Assembly (NCBI GenBank): GCA_002633005.1
Contig: NMRA01000308.1
Span: 310,001 to 374,000 of the forward strand
Direction: 5' to 3'
Origin: Phoronis australis
Lineage: Eukaryota > Animalia > Phoronida
DNA: 64,000 nucleotides
The notes under the pieces: model-generated
The model's input: the letters and a program-made list of their open reading frames with translations, nothing else
Told to the model about the DNA's origin: nothing
The model's database searches: none
Translations under genes and position numbers: made by a program
Shown: positions 61,346-64,000 of the stretch, piece by piece
Numbering within the stretch: the stretch's first letter is position 1
Layout of the letters: the number at the start of each line of letters is the position of its first letter

Positions 61346-61442
61346 TGGTTACCAAGGTACAGGCACCAAGGCGGATTTGTCGAGCCACAGTAACCAAATG
61401 AACCCCAACAACCCGCGCTACAACCCCCAGTGGAAGAAGTAG
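61346..61442 (+). CDS. 70-aa two-repeat microprotein, coding exon 2
   Basis: gttttcag|T (phase 2). Encodes GYQGTGTKADLSSHSNQMNPNNPRYNPQWKK*, a clear paralogous repeat of exon 1. Confidence 0.85.
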
Positions 61443-61598
61443 GGCATAAACGGGGAGCTTTCAAAAAGGGACATAGATCTCTTGAAATGTAAATCTGCAT
61501 AGTACAGAAGACAGAATCAACAGCTTCAACCATCCTTTATAAGTGATTAGCAGTACAAAGAATATTTCAACACGCTCATAGTGAAACCTAATATCTAA

Positions 61599-62013
61599 GT
61601 TGTGACACGTGCTATAACATCTTGTGACAAATGCTATAACATCTTGTGACACATGCTATATCTTGTGACACATGCTATAATATCTTGTGACACATGCTAT
61701 AACATCTTGTGACACATGCTATAATATCTTGTGACATATGCTATAACATCTTGTGACACATGCTATAATATCTTGTGACACATGCTATAATATCTTGTGA
61801 CACGTGCTATAACATGTTGTGACACGTGCTATAATATCTTGTGACACATGCTATAACATCTTGTGACACGTGCTATAATATCTTGTGGCACATGCTATAA
61901 TATCTTGGGACACATGCTATAACATGTTGTGACACATGCTATAATATCTTGTGACACATGCTATAACATGTTGTGACACATGCTATAACATCTTGTGACA
62001 CATGCTATAACAT
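61599..62013. repeat. 22-bp minisatellite (~19 copies)
   Basis: Unit ttgtgacacatgctataacatc. Confidence 0.95.
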
Positions 62014-64000
62014 CAACGTTTTACTGCAGATATGAATTATTGAAGACGAAATTTGTAGCAAGGGGTTGAAAATACCTCCGTATTACAATCTCACAGAATT
62101 CGAGCTTGTTTAATATTTTTATTATTTTGAAATTGTAAAAAATGAAGTTGTGATATGAACAGACAATTGTAACGAGTAGAGAAGAAAGAAATAAATGAAT
62201 AAATTGGTGAAATTGGCACGTTCACTTGGTGGCATTGAACAGTTAGGCTGTGGCGGCGGTCAGTTTGAACTCCCAAAATTTGAAAATCCAGGGGTAGGCC
62301 CCTCTAAAATTCTCCCAGATTCCATTTGACAGTTCGGGGGTGCCGAATTTTTGACGGCCAAAACCATGGCTAATTCTCTGACCTGCCCCCCCCCCAACTC
62401 AAAATCCTGGTTCCGCTCCTTGGACAATCCCGGGGATGCAGCCATCAAGAGTTGAGTAACCGTGAACCAACACGGAGGGTATACGAATGGGCCTAAGACC
62501 AGTTCACTGATCGGTAGCAAGGAGGTGCCTCAATAGCTATAGCTGAGATCTCACTGTGGGAAAATACGAAATTCCGGATGAACTAAAGCTAGTTGGTGGT
62601 CAGCTTAGCTGTGATTCACTTGAGACAGGCAGCTTGTATCGCCCATCTGCGTTCGCTCTAAGGTCAAGATTCGTTTTATTGCGCTCCAGCTTCGGGAAAA
62701 TTTTATTTTATTTTGGTCATTCTTTGAAGGAGTTTTTTCGATGAGGTAAGGCGCTGAAGTCCCTGTTATAGTGCCTTTGGGGCTATTTCAAAATCCCTCG
62801 TTGAAACACGACCGGCAGTCCATTTTCTGGTGGCTGGGGAAAATGATACAGAGTGTGCCGCAAAAATGTACACACTACAACGCCTGGAATTCAATTTCAG
62901 TTGCCGTGGATCACTGAGATTCTGTGCGGGCCTACTGCATGGTTACGTCTTATTTTTAACGTGGTTGCGTCAGTCATGACGTGCACGAAATCAAGTCAAG
63001 CAAACAATTCAGTTTTGAAAAACAAAAATTCATTGGTCAATACTACTGGAAACCAAAAACACCAAGAAAGTGCAAGGACAACCTTTCCAAGCAATGATTT
63101 TAATTTTATTTATTCAAAGTTTTTTTAAAACGTTTTTTCGATCTACGGTTGTGAGTCCGAATTTCATCAATGTCTGAGAGTTATTTTAGATATGCACAAT
63201 CGTCTAAGTGTACTTTGCTGTTTGGGGATCTGATTATAGAGTTTTCCAACTTCAGGCTGCAATTAAATTCACGGAAACATCATCAATTCTTACAAGATTA
63301 GTTTCTAATTGTAAAAATCATCTATGAATCTATCGATTTTCGTAGATACATACACAAAACGTACCTCGATTGGCGTACATGAAGTAATATCCCACTCGAC
63401 CTTATTCCGCGTATCGACCGAGACCGAAGAGATATTACTTCATCTACGCCAATCGAGGTGCGTTTTGTATTTATCCCATGCGCTTCGAATCCCTAAGTTT
63501 CTTACATTTTTTCGGCAGATTTTTCAAATACTTCACCCAGACTGTTCACATGGCAGATCACATCCTATATGTATGTACTTGCGCGTTAGGTTGCAAGTTT
63601 TCTCTTGTAAAAGAAACAGAAAAGTAACGATTTATTTCTTGGAAAGAGGTAGCAAAGATGAAACAAACGGCAACTGTGCAGTGAACTTGTAACATCTCCT
63701 GGAAATACTTAAAAAAACAACATTTGATATTTTAGTTTCCTAGGAATCAGCGCCTGAGTTGCATACGATATAGTATTCAGCAACTGAAAATTGATACATA
63801 AGTGTCTTATAATTAACAGTTTTGTTCCAGATTTTACGTTTAGGGCCTGGTTGCATGTCGAGTGTTAGTTATACTGCTGCAACTTTAAACTATTTTCAGA
63901 AATTTGATGATCGAACCGGTTGAAAACGTTGAGTCGACATTGACCTACCCTTTGAACTTTCCATGTCAGAGGTCGCTGTTGAAGCAGTGCGGGAGGTGAT

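Overview
This is AT-rich, intron-containing animal DNA, probably from a marine invertebrate (species not determinable), with one 98-N gap and two single Ns. Most of the window is transposon-derived. Reading splice sites by hand gives three spliced host genes that the ORF track breaks up or misses. (1) A 222-aa four-TM protein with a PPPSY tail (12.6-14.6 kb, +). (2) A 279-aa secreted prepropeptide carrying five GPC-x4-C cyclic-peptide repeats (31.1-36.4 kb, -), the most interesting object here. (3) A 70-aa two-repeat microprotein (60.2-61.4 kb, +). Also present are a tail-anchored C-terminal exon fragment (possibly Bcl-2-like) next to the gap and an elongator tRNA-Met. Mobile DNA includes a near-intact CR1/L2-group LINE ORF2, L1/Tx1 and other LINE fragments, THAP-bearing TTAA (Kolobok-like) elements, MITEs and a MULE pseudogene. 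A 13.3-kb degenerate Polinton/Maverick (AGT termini, ~180-bp TIRs, near-perfect 6-bp TSD) contains duplicated and internally inverted pPolB pieces and an 81-bp hairpin satellite. All assignments come from motif recognition only; no searches were run.
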